Assembly (NCBI GenBank): GCA_937891125.1
Contig: CALAEZ010000009.1
Coordinates: forward strand, 42,607-106,606
Direction: 5' to 3'
DNA: 64,000 bases
Source: an uncultured Treponema sp.
Lineage (GTDB): Bacteria; Spirochaetota; Spirochaetia; Treponematales; Treponemataceae
In this document: in pieces, positions 19,309 through 29,884 of the stretch
Position numbering within the stretch: position 1 is the first letter of the stretch
Layout of the letters: each line of letters begins with the position of its first letter
Translations under genes and position numbers: made by a program
The notes under the pieces: model-generated
Database searches by the model: none
What the model saw: only the letters and a program-made list of their open reading frames with translations
What the model was told of the DNA's origin: nothing

Positions 19309-21414
19309 ATGGCCGAAGTTTACATAACAAAAGAAGCGCAACAGTATTCAGAGAACATTATTTCGCAATGGCTGCGCGATAGCGGGTATGACGGAAGCCT
19401 TGAGGACGGCACAAGCCTTTATGACGTCGTCATACGTCCGTCTAGCATGATTTATTCGTTGTTCAGGCAGAATATAGACAAAGCATATGCGTACATGAGC
19501 TTATCAAAGGCAAACAGCTTGCGCAGCGTTCTGTCTGAAGAAGACTATGATGCAGCTGTAGACGGCATCATGTCAAACTGGTTTGTGTCGCGCAACCTAG
19601 GGGGAAAGGCGACTGGCAAATTGCGCCTGTACTTTTCTCGGGCACTGGATTTTATATCTTTCAGCGATGGGTCTTTTATAGGTTCGTATAACAGTGTATC
19701 CTATAACGCCAGGATTTTTGACTCGGAAGAATACAGCGGAGACTATGTAAAGGCATTTAATGCTGGAGACTTCAAATCCGTAATGGACACGGTTAATAAC
19801 ACTACGGAATATTACATAGACCTTCCAGTTATATCGGAAGAAAACTCTGATGAATCCATAACTGAAGGCACCGTATTCACCTGCACATCCCCGGACATTT
19901 ATTTTTTGCGCGGAGTTGCCGCAGAAGATTTTGTTCCAGGGCAGGCCAAGGAAACCTCAGACGCCTTCATAGCGCGCACGCAGGAGGCGATCACAACGCG
20001 CGAGCTCATCACGCGCAGGGCGCTCAACACTGTGCTGCCCGATCAGTTTTCTGACATACGCAGCCTGTACATTGCCGGCTGCGGCGATCCGGAGATGATA
20101 CGCGACGTAAAGACATTCGAGAATGTTGATGTGCACGTAGGCAACAAGGCCGACTTGTGGGTAGACTCCGTGCTGGTGCGCACCTCAGAAACCTGCACCG
20201 TGCAGACAGACGCCAATGGCAAGCAGTACATCGAGCTGCAAAACAGCCCCGTGCACGTGCTGTCCATTGCCGAGCTCACTGATGACGAAGAAGAGGAAGC
20301 CTTGGAAGAGAGCGACTGGAGCTTTGCCATGGAAGAGATCGACGGCGAAGACGACCCGCTTGAAACGACGTGGTTTGTCCCTGGCAAGAGCACGGGAAAG
20401 ATATACGTAAACCTGTCTGCGCAGGAATCCGATGATTTCGTCGATGACGACGCCGTTATTGTAACGCTCAGCAACAACGCGCCGTACAGCCTCATCACAG
20501 AAGGCAAGGAGCTGATATACAAGGTGTCGCTCAACCGCGCCCTTGATCAGGACATGACAATTACGCTGAACTACAGCACGTATTCGGAAAGCGAAGAATC
20601 TGCGGAAGAGGAAACGTCTGGCTCTGAAGGCAGTTCGGGCACTGAAAGCGAGGTCACAGAGATAACCGTCGTCATTCCTGCCGGCAGCACGGAAAGCGAA
20701 GCAGTCACCATTCAGACGCGCGAAGAAGACCTGTACGTGCAGCCATCAGACATCATCTTAGTCGAGATAGTGTCAGCGACAGTTCCCGGACAGGACTTTG
20801 AAAACCTGCAGCTGGTCAATCCAGGCACCGTGTCGGTCATAGACGGCGACGATTACTCCAGTGATTCTTCCAGCGAAGAAGATGAAGAGGAAGAATCCAG
20901 CACCGCCCGCACGCTTATCGTGCACGAAATTACATCTGGCGTGGCGCAAAGCGTTCAGGACTTCATAACAAGCGATTCCAACCGAGTCGTGTCGTTTGAT
21001 CCGCTGGTGAAGATGAAGGTGCCCGTTGTCATGGACTTTGACATCAGCATTGTCACAAACGTGAACTATGCCAAGAAGACGTCAAGCAGCTATGACGCCG
21101 ACGCCACTGCGGACCTTATTGCCGACATACGCAACGTCATCAAGGATTACCTGAACGAAGCCGACGTGTACATAGAGTCAGAAATGGTGCAGCGCCTGCA
21201 TACGGAAGTGCCAGCAATCTCTGTTGTTTACCTTCCTGTAACAGCAAACGCCACGTTTTTTAACATGAAGACAGGCAAAAATGTGCACATGGCCGTGCGC
21301 GATCAGTTCAGCCTTGACGATGCTCCGGCTGGCAGCGACCTGTCGAGGCAAATAACAACGAACACGACGCAGTACTACACGAATGACGACCTTATAAACA
21401 TCGAGCTGAGCTAA
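19309..21414 (+). CDS. baseplate J-like protein with inserted Ig-like domain
   Basis: GTSLYDVVIRP, FVSRNLGGKATG, ETSDAFIAR, GDPEMIRD; acidic Ig-like insert at about 20455-20850. Confidence 0.75.
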   Translation: MAEVYITKEAQQYSENIISQWLRDSGYDGSLEDGTSLYDVVIRPSSMIYSLFRQNIDKAYAYMSLSKANSLRSVLSEEDYDAAVDGIMSNWFVSRNLGGKATGKLRLYFSRALDFISFSDGSFIGSYNSVSYNARIFDSEEYSGDYVKAFNAGDFKSVMDTVNNTTEYYIDLPVISEENSDESITEGTVFTCTSPDIYFLRGVAAEDFVPGQAKETSDAFIARTQEAITTRELITRRALNTVLPDQFSDIRSLYIAGCGDPEMIRDVKTFENVDVHVGNKADLWVDSVLVRTSETCTVQTDANGKQYIELQNSPVHVLSIAELTDDEEEEALEESDWSFAMEEIDGEDDPLETTWFVPGKSTGKIYVNLSAQESDDFVDDDAVIVTLSNNAPYSLITEGKELIYKVSLNRALDQDMTITLNYSTYSESEESAEEETSGSEGSSGTESEVTEITVVIPAGSTESEAVTIQTREEDLYVQPSDIILVEIVSATVPGQDFENLQLVNPGTVSVIDGDDYSSDSSSEEDEEEESSTARTLIVHEITSGVAQSVQDFITSDSNRVVSFDPLVKMKVPVVMDFDISIVTNVNYAKKTSSSYDADATADLIADIRNVIKDYLNEADVYIESEMVQRLHTEVPAISVVYLPVTANATFFNMKTGKNVHMAVRDQFSLDDAPAGSDLSRQITTNTTQYYTNDDLINIELS

Positions 21415-23687
21415 TGGCATTCGTACCGTACGTGCAGGGGTCTGTCAGTTCCCCGCACATTGACACCATATACGCAGGACTGAAGGAGCACGTGGACGCC
21501 ACGCGCGGCCTGATGTCAGCCCTAGGCACGTTCTGGTCTGATTCCTTTGGCAACATGACGCGTTCTCAGACAGCGTACGAGACCATGGTGCATGCCACCA
21601 CAGGCTGCGTGCTGCCCTTGTCCGACGCGTATCGCAGCCTGCTCACAGCCACGCTCGAAGCCAGCATACAGAGCATACCAGAGCTCTCGGACAGGCAGCT
21701 GGAGCTCGTTGTCTTTTCTGAATCGCGCGATGCTGACGGCAACCCCGTCGAGCCGTCCATACTGTACGAAGATGACGAGACTGACGAGTACGGCAATCCG
21801 ATGGCAAAGGCGTACGTGTTTCATGGCACGCCGTTTCTCGATGTCGACTATTTTACGGTAAGCCTGTTCAATTCTGTCATTGTCCTCGAAAAAGGCACGC
21901 ACTTTGACATAGACGGCACGACTGGCGACCTGACGTTTTACGTGGACATATTTGAGGATCCGGCCATCATACAGGACGCCTACGGAGAATTTGCCCTTGA
22001 GTACAGCAATGTAAAGCGCCCGTCGCGTTCCATTATGCTGTGGGCTGTCAACGCCGTGCAGCAAAGCTTCCGCATATGGGAGCGCTTTGGGGCATTCGTT
22101 TACCGCAAGGCTGCTGACTCTCCAAAGTACAAGCATCTTATCAACGCCCTCATGTACTACTACGCAAACATGAAGACGCCAGAGAACGTAGAGCATGTGA
22201 TGAACATCATCTACGGCGTTCCGTACGCATGGCATGACGGCGAGGTGGTGCAGGCCATTTACGAAGTAGGGCACGACTTGTCCCCGGCCACGGTGACAGG
22301 CGAGGACTCTGACTATCACTGCATAGAAACGCTGGATAACGGGCGCCTGCGCAGGTATTACTGCTACGGCATGGCCACGCTGTCCGTGTCTGTCGGCGAT
22401 GTGCTCAGCCAGTATCAGGTTATGGGCAAGCTGAACGAAGTTTACGACTACATTCAGATTGAGCGCATGCCGGAAAAGTTCATACCTGCTACGGCTCATC
22501 CGGAAAGCATGACCAGGAGCGAGCAAATCCAGTACGTGTACGAGCACTGGAACGACGCAGACGGAACCTCGTTTGTCGACGACGACAGCATTGATGTTTC
22601 GCCTGACTTGCGTGCAGACATCATCAGGTACGTGCTCAAGTACAATTCGCTGTTTGTGCGCCAGTACATTTCGCTTGACGCAATAGACACGTACAAAAAC
22701 CAGATAGAGCAGATGCGCAACGTGCTGCGTTCTGGGCTGCCCATATACCTTAACCCCATGCTTGAAACAATCTTCAAGCTGCGCCTTGTCGACCGCATTC
22801 CTACGGACGAAGAAATCAAGCAGCGCATTGCCGAAGCTCAGGAGCACGCTGATGCGGCAGCAACGGAGCGCGATAAAAAGCTGTGGGAAAACGAAAAGGC
22901 TCGATGGGAGACATGGACTGACAGCAACCCTGCCGTTCTCGACGGCGGCAATAGGGCAGAGCTCGGCATAGCGTTTGACGACGCGCATGTGCAGGAAGTG
23001 CTGTACGACGGCACGCAGACGTACAATGGCGGAGCCTGCTACGACCACGACTCCGTAAAAGACGACTTTGCGCTGCCGTATGACGGCACTGCCGCGTACG
23101 ACGGCATTTACGCTCATCACGCTGCGCAGTCCTACGGCAGCCTCAAGTATGACGGCAAGCAGACGTACGGCAATTGTTTTCAGCTTGCGCATCAGTATGA
23201 CGAGGACGAATTTGCGTTTACCGGCATGTCGATCGAGCTTGACGACGCGTTTACGTACTCGGAGTATGATGGCTCGTTCAATCAGCTTATCACGTACAAT
23301 GGCGCGCACTGGCATGACGGGCGCAATTTCTACGGGTGGAACAACGTCGTTCCAGGAGACCTGCAGGTTTCCGTTGTGCAGCGATTTTCAGACAGGCCGG
23401 ACGAGCTGCGGGACATGTTTTCGCTCACGGTTACGCAGCGCGACGGAAGGCCGGTATTGCTGCATGTCGAAGACTTGCACGGCGGCATGTCTGATGCGTT
23501 TAAATGCGTGCCGCGCAGCGAAGACTTTGCGGAAGAAATACCGTTGTCCGACGATTTTTCCCTTGCCATGCGCATGCGCGACAGCGACATCACGGTCGCC
23601 CTTTCTGAAAAATTAGCAATAACTGCGGCACGTTCCGACACAGATTCCCTGCAAGAAGCGCAAGACGAGCTGATTATCAGCGAGTAA
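21414..23687 (+). CDS. baseplate wedge/tail protein with YDG/YNG repeats
   Basis: 757 aa after baseplate J; repeated YDG/YNG motifs at about 23000-23340. Confidence 0.6.
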   Translation: MAFVPYVQGSVSSPHIDTIYAGLKEHVDATRGLMSALGTFWSDSFGNMTRSQTAYETMVHATTGCVLPLSDAYRSLLTATLEASIQSIPELSDRQLELVVFSESRDADGNPVEPSILYEDDETDEYGNPMAKAYVFHGTPFLDVDYFTVSLFNSVIVLEKGTHFDIDGTTGDLTFYVDIFEDPAIIQDAYGEFALEYSNVKRPSRSIMLWAVNAVQQSFRIWERFGAFVYRKAADSPKYKHLINALMYYYANMKTPENVEHVMNIIYGVPYAWHDGEVVQAIYEVGHDLSPATVTGEDSDYHCIETLDNGRLRRYYCYGMATLSVSVGDVLSQYQVMGKLNEVYDYIQIERMPEKFIPATAHPESMTRSEQIQYVYEHWNDADGTSFVDDDSIDVSPDLRADIIRYVLKYNSLFVRQYISLDAIDTYKNQIEQMRNVLRSGLPIYLNPMLETIFKLRLVDRIPTDEEIKQRIAEAQEHADAAATERDKKLWENEKARWETWTDSNPAVLDGGNRAELGIAFDDAHVQEVLYDGTQTYNGGACYDHDSVKDDFALPYDGTAAYDGIYAHHAAQSYGSLKYDGKQTYGNCFQLAHQYDEDEFAFTGMSIELDDAFTYSEYDGSFNQLITYNGAHWHDGRNFYGWNNVVPGDLQVSVVQRFSDRPDELRDMFSLTVTQRDGRPVLLHVEDLHGGMSDAFKCVPRSEDFAEEIPLSDDFSLAMRMRDSDITVALSEKLAITAARSDTDSLQEAQDELIISE

Positions 23688-23744
23688 TAGGTTCTGGTTG
23701 CCCTGGCAATCTTTATACAAGATTACCTTTGCAAAGGAAGCAAC

Positions 23745-24311
23745 GTGAAAAACGCAATAGTTACAGATAAGGCGCCGTTGCGCGGCGTGTTTACGATGCG
23801 CGTGAAGGATCGCGATGGCAACATCGTCGAAGAGTACGAAGACCACAACATGATTGTTAACGGCGCCAAGCTCCTTATGGCGCAGCTTGTCAGCGATTAC
23901 GGCAAGGCCAATTACAACCGCATAAAATACATCGGTTTTGGCACGGGAACCACGGCTGCCGATCCGTCTGACACCGACCTGCAGCAGCGCGCAGTGACCA
24001 AGCCAATCGACGGCTTTGAATTTCCTGAAGGGACGGACGACCGCGTGCAGTTCAACTGGTCTTTGGACTACGAAGAGGGCAATGGCACGAGCGACGAGGG
24101 GATGGACATTCAGGAGTTCGGCCTTTTCAGCGGGACTTACGAATACGCAGGTGCCGAAGAGCCAAGCTCCGAGGACGAAGAAGAAAGCTCCGAAGAAGAA
24201 AGCTCCACGGAGAGCACCGGACTTGTCTTGTTTGCCAAGAAAACGCGCACGCGGGCAATCTTCAAGGATACCAGCCTGTCCTTCGAGGGAACCTGGACCA
24301 TCATTTTCTAG
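23745..24311 (+). CDS. tail collar/fibre attachment protein
   Basis: HNMIVNG, IGFGTGTTAADPSDTDL, IQEFGLF, terminal WTIIF; AAGGAAG RBS with GTG start. Confidence 0.65.
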   Translation: MKNAIVTDKAPLRGVFTMRVKDRDGNIVEEYEDHNMIVNGAKLLMAQLVSDYGKANYNRIKYIGFGTGTTAADPSDTDLQQRAVTKPIDGFEFPEGTDDRVQFNWSLDYEEGNGTSDEGMDIQEFGLFSGTYEYAGAEEPSSEDEEESSEEESSTESTGLVLFAKKTRTRAIFKDTSLSFEGTWTIIF

Positions 24312-24320
24312 GAGCGCCCA

Positions 24321-25712
24321 GTGTATCTCAAAGAAGAGTCCAAATGGGTAGACAACATCTACCGGATCGAGCGGTCAGACCCCCTGCTGGGCGGCGAGTT
24401 TGGCATCAACAACGTGCAGGCAAAGCAGCTTGCCTCGCGCACGCAGTACCTGCTATGGTGGTTTTTGTCTTTTCACGACGCCAGTGGCAAGCACTGCCTG
24501 AAAGGCAGCGACCTGAACGTGAACAGCCGCATACCCGAGGACCGCTTTTCCTTTGGCGATACAACGGAAAACGTGCACGAAGACATAGGTGCCGTACGCC
24601 AGCGCTACGAGTACATGCGCAACGCCCTGCAAGAAATGCTCGCTGGCAGCTCCGCTCCCGTACAGGCGTTGTACAGGGCGATGGTCATTGCATGGGGATA
24701 TGGCAATAGCGGGCTGGACTTTTGCCTGTTCACGCCAGAATTTACCTTTGTGCAGGACGAAGGGCGCTATCAGGTTTACAAGACTGTTGCCGGTGACGAT
24801 TCCATTGATGTCACGATGGCCGAAGAAAGCCTTGTCGACGGCGAAGATTACATCTTGTCGTTCATAGACAACGCTGCGCCTCCGCGCCTTGTGACCGTTG
24901 GCAGTACTCTTGAGATAGACCGAGTGCTGCTCGCCACCGAAGTTGACGTTACCTCTGTTAATGCCCTGCTGTCCAAGTCCACATGGACCATTGAAGACGG
25001 GCAGGCCACCACCATAGCCAACGACATGCTGCTCACGCGTGAAGTCACGGCGCTGTCTGACTACGCATACGGCTTGCTGGACATCGTTCATGATGGTGGG
25101 GCGGATGCGTTTAGCGTGCAGTACAGGAGCATTGCTGACGGCGTGGCGCAGGAATGGAAGACCGCTGATCCTTTTGGCGAATTTGACCAGAACGGCAATC
25201 ACGTGTCGCGCTGGCGCTTTGAAGCAAACGGAACCGTGCAGTTTTTGATAACGGCAAACTCTGCGCGCACAGTGTACATGATGGCGGTTACGCCTGACCC
25301 TGATGCGCGCGAGCCGGAGTTTGTGCGCACGCCAAACATCTTGAGCAGCGCGGGCGAACCAGACAACTATCCTCTGCTGCTCGAGCGTTACGGGGCATTG
25401 TACAAGGATCCGTTTGCAAGCCTAGAAATAGCCATCGACACGGACAGCAACATAGCTGACGGAGGAACGGTGCTCATCCTGACCAACGACAGTGTTTCTG
25501 TAGAGGGCGGCGCCAGCATTTCGAGGGTGAACAACATCTATGTTGACGCAGAGGTCACGGAGCCGGTCATAAGCGTGAAAAATGCCGTAAACGCCGCATA
25601 TCCGCTTGAGGACGGTACGACCTATTACTGGCGTGCGCGCTACAACGCGCAAAGCGGCAAGAGCTCCATATGGACTCCCATCCACCAATTTACCGTGCCA
25701 GAAGAACTATAG
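24321..25712 (+). CDS. tail fibre-like protein 1
   Basis: N-terminal W..IY.IE..D...GG..GI.N.QAKQLASRTQYL motif; C-terminal YYWRARY...S.W. Confidence 0.7.
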   Translation: MYLKEESKWVDNIYRIERSDPLLGGEFGINNVQAKQLASRTQYLLWWFLSFHDASGKHCLKGSDLNVNSRIPEDRFSFGDTTENVHEDIGAVRQRYEYMRNALQEMLAGSSAPVQALYRAMVIAWGYGNSGLDFCLFTPEFTFVQDEGRYQVYKTVAGDDSIDVTMAEESLVDGEDYILSFIDNAAPPRLVTVGSTLEIDRVLLATEVDVTSVNALLSKSTWTIEDGQATTIANDMLLTREVTALSDYAYGLLDIVHDGGADAFSVQYRSIADGVAQEWKTADPFGEFDQNGNHVSRWRFEANGTVQFLITANSARTVYMMAVTPDPDAREPEFVRTPNILSSAGEPDNYPLLLERYGALYKDPFASLEIAIDTDSNIADGGTVLILTNDSVSVEGGASISRVNNIYVDAEVTEPVISVKNAVNAAYPLEDGTTYYWRARYNAQSGKSSIWTPIHQFTVPEEL

Positions 25713-25724
25713 GCGGTGCAGCGC

Positions 25725-27080
25725 ATGGCTGACAGCATACATACAATAATGCCAGAAACGGGCTTGTGGCCAGAAGGCATATACCAGCTTGAGACCACTG
25801 ACTACGCGCTTGGCTACGACCCGGAAACAGACGTCGACGGCCCTGCAAACATACAGTGGGAGCAGCTGGCAAACCGCACGCGCTATCTGCGCAACCTCCT
25901 GCTTGTTGAGCACGGCGAAGACGGACAGCACCTGCTCACGGACGCAAACTTTGCCACTGCCGCTGGCATTCCCGAAGAAAATATCGTGCTCGCTTACCCG
26001 ACGAGCGCTCTTGACGCCGAGATGGACGAGCTGAAGGCGCAGATAACGGCCATCATAGAGCAGCTTGAAAGCGAAAACGAGGCCGAGCTGTACGGCCTGA
26101 CATGGTCCATGCAGAAAGTTATGCCAATGGCATGGGAGCGCCAGGGTGACAAGTGCAGCTTTGAGATGTTTACGCCGAGCCTGACCTTGTCGCTCGGCAA
26201 GGATTTTCACATCACGAAAGCCGTCTATGACCACGAAGAAGGCCTTGGCGACGACTCAATTGACGTGGATACAGAGTATGCCAGCGCCATGGGCACTGAC
26301 GGCATGGCAGAAGGCGAATGGTACGTGCTGTGCGATGCCGAAGACGAATCCAAATGGCAGTTTGCCTGCATAAAAAGCATACTTACCGATGACCGCATAC
26401 TGCTTACTGATGCTTCTGAGTACACGATAACGGACGGCTGGCTGCGCTCTTCAAACGTGTCTACTGGCGGCCTGTCCGCGTATGCAACGAGCTGTTTTGC
26501 GTGGATAAGCGATGAATTGCCGGCGCTGGACAGCACGGAGCCCATAACGATTACCATACGCCATGCGGAGCATACCGACTGCGTGCCTGTTGTCGAGTAC
26601 CTTCCTGGCAACATCCTTGATCCAGAATGGCTTCCTGCATCAGGATACGGCAAGGCTGCGGGGAATAACTGCGAAGACGACACGTGCACCATACCCGCGC
26701 AGACAGGGCCTTTTCATTTGCGCGTGTCGTATGCCGAGCTTGAAAACCCTGTGTCCTTCACCATGATTGCGGCTGTTGCGCGGCACGAGTATGACGAGAT
26801 CGAAACCGTGCGCAAGCCCTCCGTGTTGTATGTGGAAACATCAGGGAGCAGCCTTGTGCTTCACGGCAGCACATATCAGTCTCTGTATGACATTGAACAG
26901 GGTGGCGTTGACGCGCAGGCGTCTGCAACAAAGAATTTTGCTGGAAAGGACGTTGTCTCTTTGGAAGGCGCGTACAGCACCATTACGGTTCCTGCCAGCA
27001 ACGCAGCCTATGTGCGCATGCGCTACAGGGATAACGAAGGGGTTGCTTCGCGCTGGAGCGATCCGAAGGCGGTTGAATAA
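25725..27080 (+). CDS. tail fibre-like protein 2
   Basis: Same N-terminal motif (QLANRTRYL), DDSIDV, C-terminal YVRMRY...SRWS. Confidence 0.7.
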   Translation: MADSIHTIMPETGLWPEGIYQLETTDYALGYDPETDVDGPANIQWEQLANRTRYLRNLLLVEHGEDGQHLLTDANFATAAGIPEENIVLAYPTSALDAEMDELKAQITAIIEQLESENEAELYGLTWSMQKVMPMAWERQGDKCSFEMFTPSLTLSLGKDFHITKAVYDHEEGLGDDSIDVDTEYASAMGTDGMAEGEWYVLCDAEDESKWQFACIKSILTDDRILLTDASEYTITDGWLRSSNVSTGGLSAYATSCFAWISDELPALDSTEPITITIRHAEHTDCVPVVEYLPGNILDPEWLPASGYGKAAGNNCEDDTCTIPAQTGPFHLRVSYAELENPVSFTMIAAVARHEYDEIETVRKPSVLYVETSGSSLVLHGSTYQSLYDIEQGGVDAQASATKNFAGKDVVSLEGAYSTITVPASNAAYVRMRYRDNEGVASRWSDPKAVE

Positions 27081-28744
27081 TGGCATCGTTACAGGAATCC
27101 CCAACGTGGGAAGAAAAAATTTACCGCCTGCAGGCGCATATTGACAGTCCGTCCGGCGGCGCTGACGGCATAACAAACTTGCAGCCGCGCCAGATTGCCA
27201 ACCGCACGCGATGGCTTTTTTCGCGCATCGCACGTGAGCACACGCTGCTCGGGCATCTGGTAACGGCTGACCAGATTGATGAAGCGGCAGCTATAGACGG
27301 AAGCAAGACAACGCTTGACGTTCCGTTTGAAGACTTGCATGCCAAGCTGTCAGAATGCGAGAGTGAGCTTGCGCGCATGCTTGAGATTGCCGAAGGCATC
27401 ATAGGCAGCGACGGCCTGAAGTTTGAAGCCGTTACGCGTGCGCAGCGCTTTCTTTGGGAAAAGGGCGCGTACAGCTTTGGCTGGGAGTTTTTCACGTCCG
27501 GCCTGAGCATGCGGCAGTTTGAAGAGCGCCCAATACTGTCCACGGTGCACCATGACGATACGATCATTCTTACGGACGTGTCCGGGATATCTGTGGGAGA
27601 TCTGCTTGTCGTGTACTCCGAAGGCGGCACGGATGCCGAAGTGATCGAAGTTGCCAGCATAATACAGGACAGCAGCACAGGGCAGTACCGCATCCTCGCA
27701 AAGGATGAGCGCCATGTGGAAAATGGCGAGACCGTAATTGACAGGTACGCCATAAATGTTGACCGGAGCAGCGGATACATCGGCAGCGTGTCCTGGACAC
27801 TGAACTCCGATGGAAGCGCAACGGCTCCTGCCGGCTCAATATACCTGTCGGGCGAAATCACGTCGCTGGAAAACGCGCACGAAGGCAAGCTCATCATAAA
27901 AACCCTCGACGGCAGCGGCCCGCTCATTGTCGAAGTGAACTACGGAGACGGCTGGGAAGAAATAGAAGCAAGCCAGTACATATCCACGGGCAGCGGAGCC
28001 TCTACCGAGCGCGAGGCCATTTATGAGCTGCCTGCCGGAACATTCCAGCTCAAGGCGTCAGCTGCCGGATCTGCTCCTGCAGAGATAGGATACATGGCGG
28101 TCGTGCCTGTGCTGGGCAGCCGCACGGTGAAGCCCATACGCAAGCCATCCGTGCTTTCCCCGGAGGCCAGCGCCACGTATACCGTTGCCGAAATGGTTCT
28201 GGAGAGCAGCGTTTTTCGCCGTGCGTATGGAGATAACCTGACATCCGTTGAATTTGCGTTTTGCAATGACAGCGCGTTTCCTGCTGCGTCAACAAAGACA
28301 TGGTCCATGCCGACGGAATCCGCTACGGTTTCCACCGCGGATCAAGACGACAACTATGTCGTGAGCAATCAGGAGCTGCTTGATTTCTTTGACGCCCTGG
28401 ATGCTGACAACGAACGCGTGTTTCCATACGGTGATTATTTTGTCCGGTGCCGGCATGTGTCTGACGTAGGCGATGTTTCTGAATGGTCTGATGCCGTAAT
28501 GTTTTCCCTGGCGGATAATAGCCGCGTGTTTGGCTTTGACGGCAGCAGCAGCACGCTGCGCATCGGCGGCTTTGACTATGCCGGATCGAATACCGGAGCG
28601 CTCCCAGAAGACGGCGCTGTTGAAGAGCCAGGGCTTGTCAGCGGGCAGTTCCGCAGCCTCAGCGACCCGAGCATCACGCGCTTTGGCTTTGCCGGAACCG
28701 ACGGCACGCTGGGCTGGGACGAAGGCACGTTTATAAAAGAATAA
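27080..28744 (+). CDS. tail fibre-like protein 3
   Basis: QIANRTRWL motif, DDTII, YFVRCRH...SEWS, terminal FGF repeats. Confidence 0.7.
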   Translation: MASLQESPTWEEKIYRLQAHIDSPSGGADGITNLQPRQIANRTRWLFSRIAREHTLLGHLVTADQIDEAAAIDGSKTTLDVPFEDLHAKLSECESELARMLEIAEGIIGSDGLKFEAVTRAQRFLWEKGAYSFGWEFFTSGLSMRQFEERPILSTVHHDDTIILTDVSGISVGDLLVVYSEGGTDAEVIEVASIIQDSSTGQYRILAKDERHVENGETVIDRYAINVDRSSGYIGSVSWTLNSDGSATAPAGSIYLSGEITSLENAHEGKLIIKTLDGSGPLIVEVNYGDGWEEIEASQYISTGSGASTEREAIYELPAGTFQLKASAAGSAPAEIGYMAVVPVLGSRTVKPIRKPSVLSPEASATYTVAEMVLESSVFRRAYGDNLTSVEFAFCNDSAFPAASTKTWSMPTESATVSTADQDDNYVVSNQELLDFFDALDADNERVFPYGDYFVRCRHVSDVGDVSEWSDAVMFSLADNSRVFGFDGSSSTLRIGGFDYAGSNTGALPEDGAVEEPGLVSGQFRSLSDPSITRFGFAGTDGTLGWDEGTFIKE

Positions 28745-28756
28745 AGAGAGGCTGAC

Positions 28757-29278
28757 ATGGCTGACATAAATATCGACGAAGCTACAGTATGGAACCTTGT
28801 TTGGGCTGACGGTGAAAACCATAACGATCGTGACACGCCTCCTGCCGAAAAAATAGAGGCTGGCTGGGCAGACAAGGAGTTTCCGCCAAACGAATGGTTC
28901 AACTGGCTGCAATACCGTACAGACAAGCGCCTTTCATCCCTTGAAAGCCCTGTCGAATTTATTAAGAAATTCAGCCAGCACGGCACGCGCGGCGCAACGC
29001 TCGCGGCAGGCAGCACATACGGCGATGACAACGAGAACAACGATTACGTGCCGGTGTACCTGGTAGGGCACGATCATCTTCAAGTATACCTTGACGGCGT
29101 GCTGTGCCTTGCCGGTGAAACGTATGAAGAAGTTGGCGCTTCTGGCGAACTCTCGTCTAAAATAAAGTGGCGCGTGGCCATAGACGATACGTACGACATA
29201 TTGTGCGTCGCCCCCAACAGGGCAAACATGCCGTGGCTTAACCCTGAGCAGGCGCAAGCCTCTGCGGAAACTGATTAA
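28757..29278 (+). CDS. tail fibre-associated protein
   Basis: GW...EFPPNEWFNWLQ motif typical of phage fibre N-termini. Confidence 0.6.
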   Translation: MADINIDEATVWNLVWADGENHNDRDTPPAEKIEAGWADKEFPPNEWFNWLQYRTDKRLSSLESPVEFIKKFSQHGTRGATLAAGSTYGDDNENNDYVPVYLVGHDHLQVYLDGVLCLAGETYEEVGASGELSSKIKWRVAIDDTYDILCVAPNRANMPWLNPEQAQASAETD

Positions 29279-29314
29279 TCATAATAGGCATATGGCAGGC
29301 ACCAAGGCAATACA

Positions 29315-29884
29315 ATGTTGTCAGAGCAAAGCTGCGTATCGTACGCTCTAAATTATGTAGCTAAAATGGTTTCAGACTTCCAGTATTACCTCGAATACGC
29401 TTCTTTTGGCGGCATAGGCGGCATCGTCTATCTTTTGCTGACAGGAAAGTACGCATCGGTGAAAGCTGTGGCCAAGGCGTTTTTGACAAGCGCCTTTGTG
29501 GGCCTTCTGGCAGGCATGCTTGCGCAGGAAGTCGGCCTCAGCATCGTGCTCACGTGCGTGGTGTCCGGCGTTTTTGGCTGCGCAGGCGGCCTTGGCATAG
29601 TATGGATACTTGCCATGATGCACAAGCGTCTTGGAATATCGCACGAGGCTGACATCAAGCACATCAAGGACAGCCTTATCGGCAAGCAGGCTCCAGAGAC
29701 AATCCTGAGCAATCTCGTAACCAACAAAAACATCACGTTTGACGAATACATGGATTCCATGCGCGGAGGAACGGAAGCTCTGCTGCGCGTAATGAACGAA
29801 GGCGTCATAACCGGCGCCGAGTTCGGACGCGTGCACAAGTGGGCAAACGCCCTGCGCGAAGGTGAGACGCATGCCCACGAATGA
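29315..29884 (+). CDS. putative holin/membrane protein
   Basis: Three to four hydrophobic segments in the N-terminal half; end of late operon. Confidence 0.55.
   Translation: MLSEQSCVSYALNYVAKMVSDFQYYLEYASFGGIGGIVYLLLTGKYASVKAVAKAFLTSAFVGLLAGMLAQEVGLSIVLTCVVSGVFGCAGGLGIVWILAMMHKRLGISHEADIKHIKDSLIGKQAPETILSNLVTNKNITFDEYMDSMRGGTEALLRVMNEGVITGAEFGRVHKWANALREGETHAHE

Noticed and set aside
21522..23315. 597-aa (-) ORF and other long antisense ORFs (e.g. 49481..50824, 40941..42056)
   Set aside because: They shadow well-supported genes on the opposite strand and have no recognisable motifs
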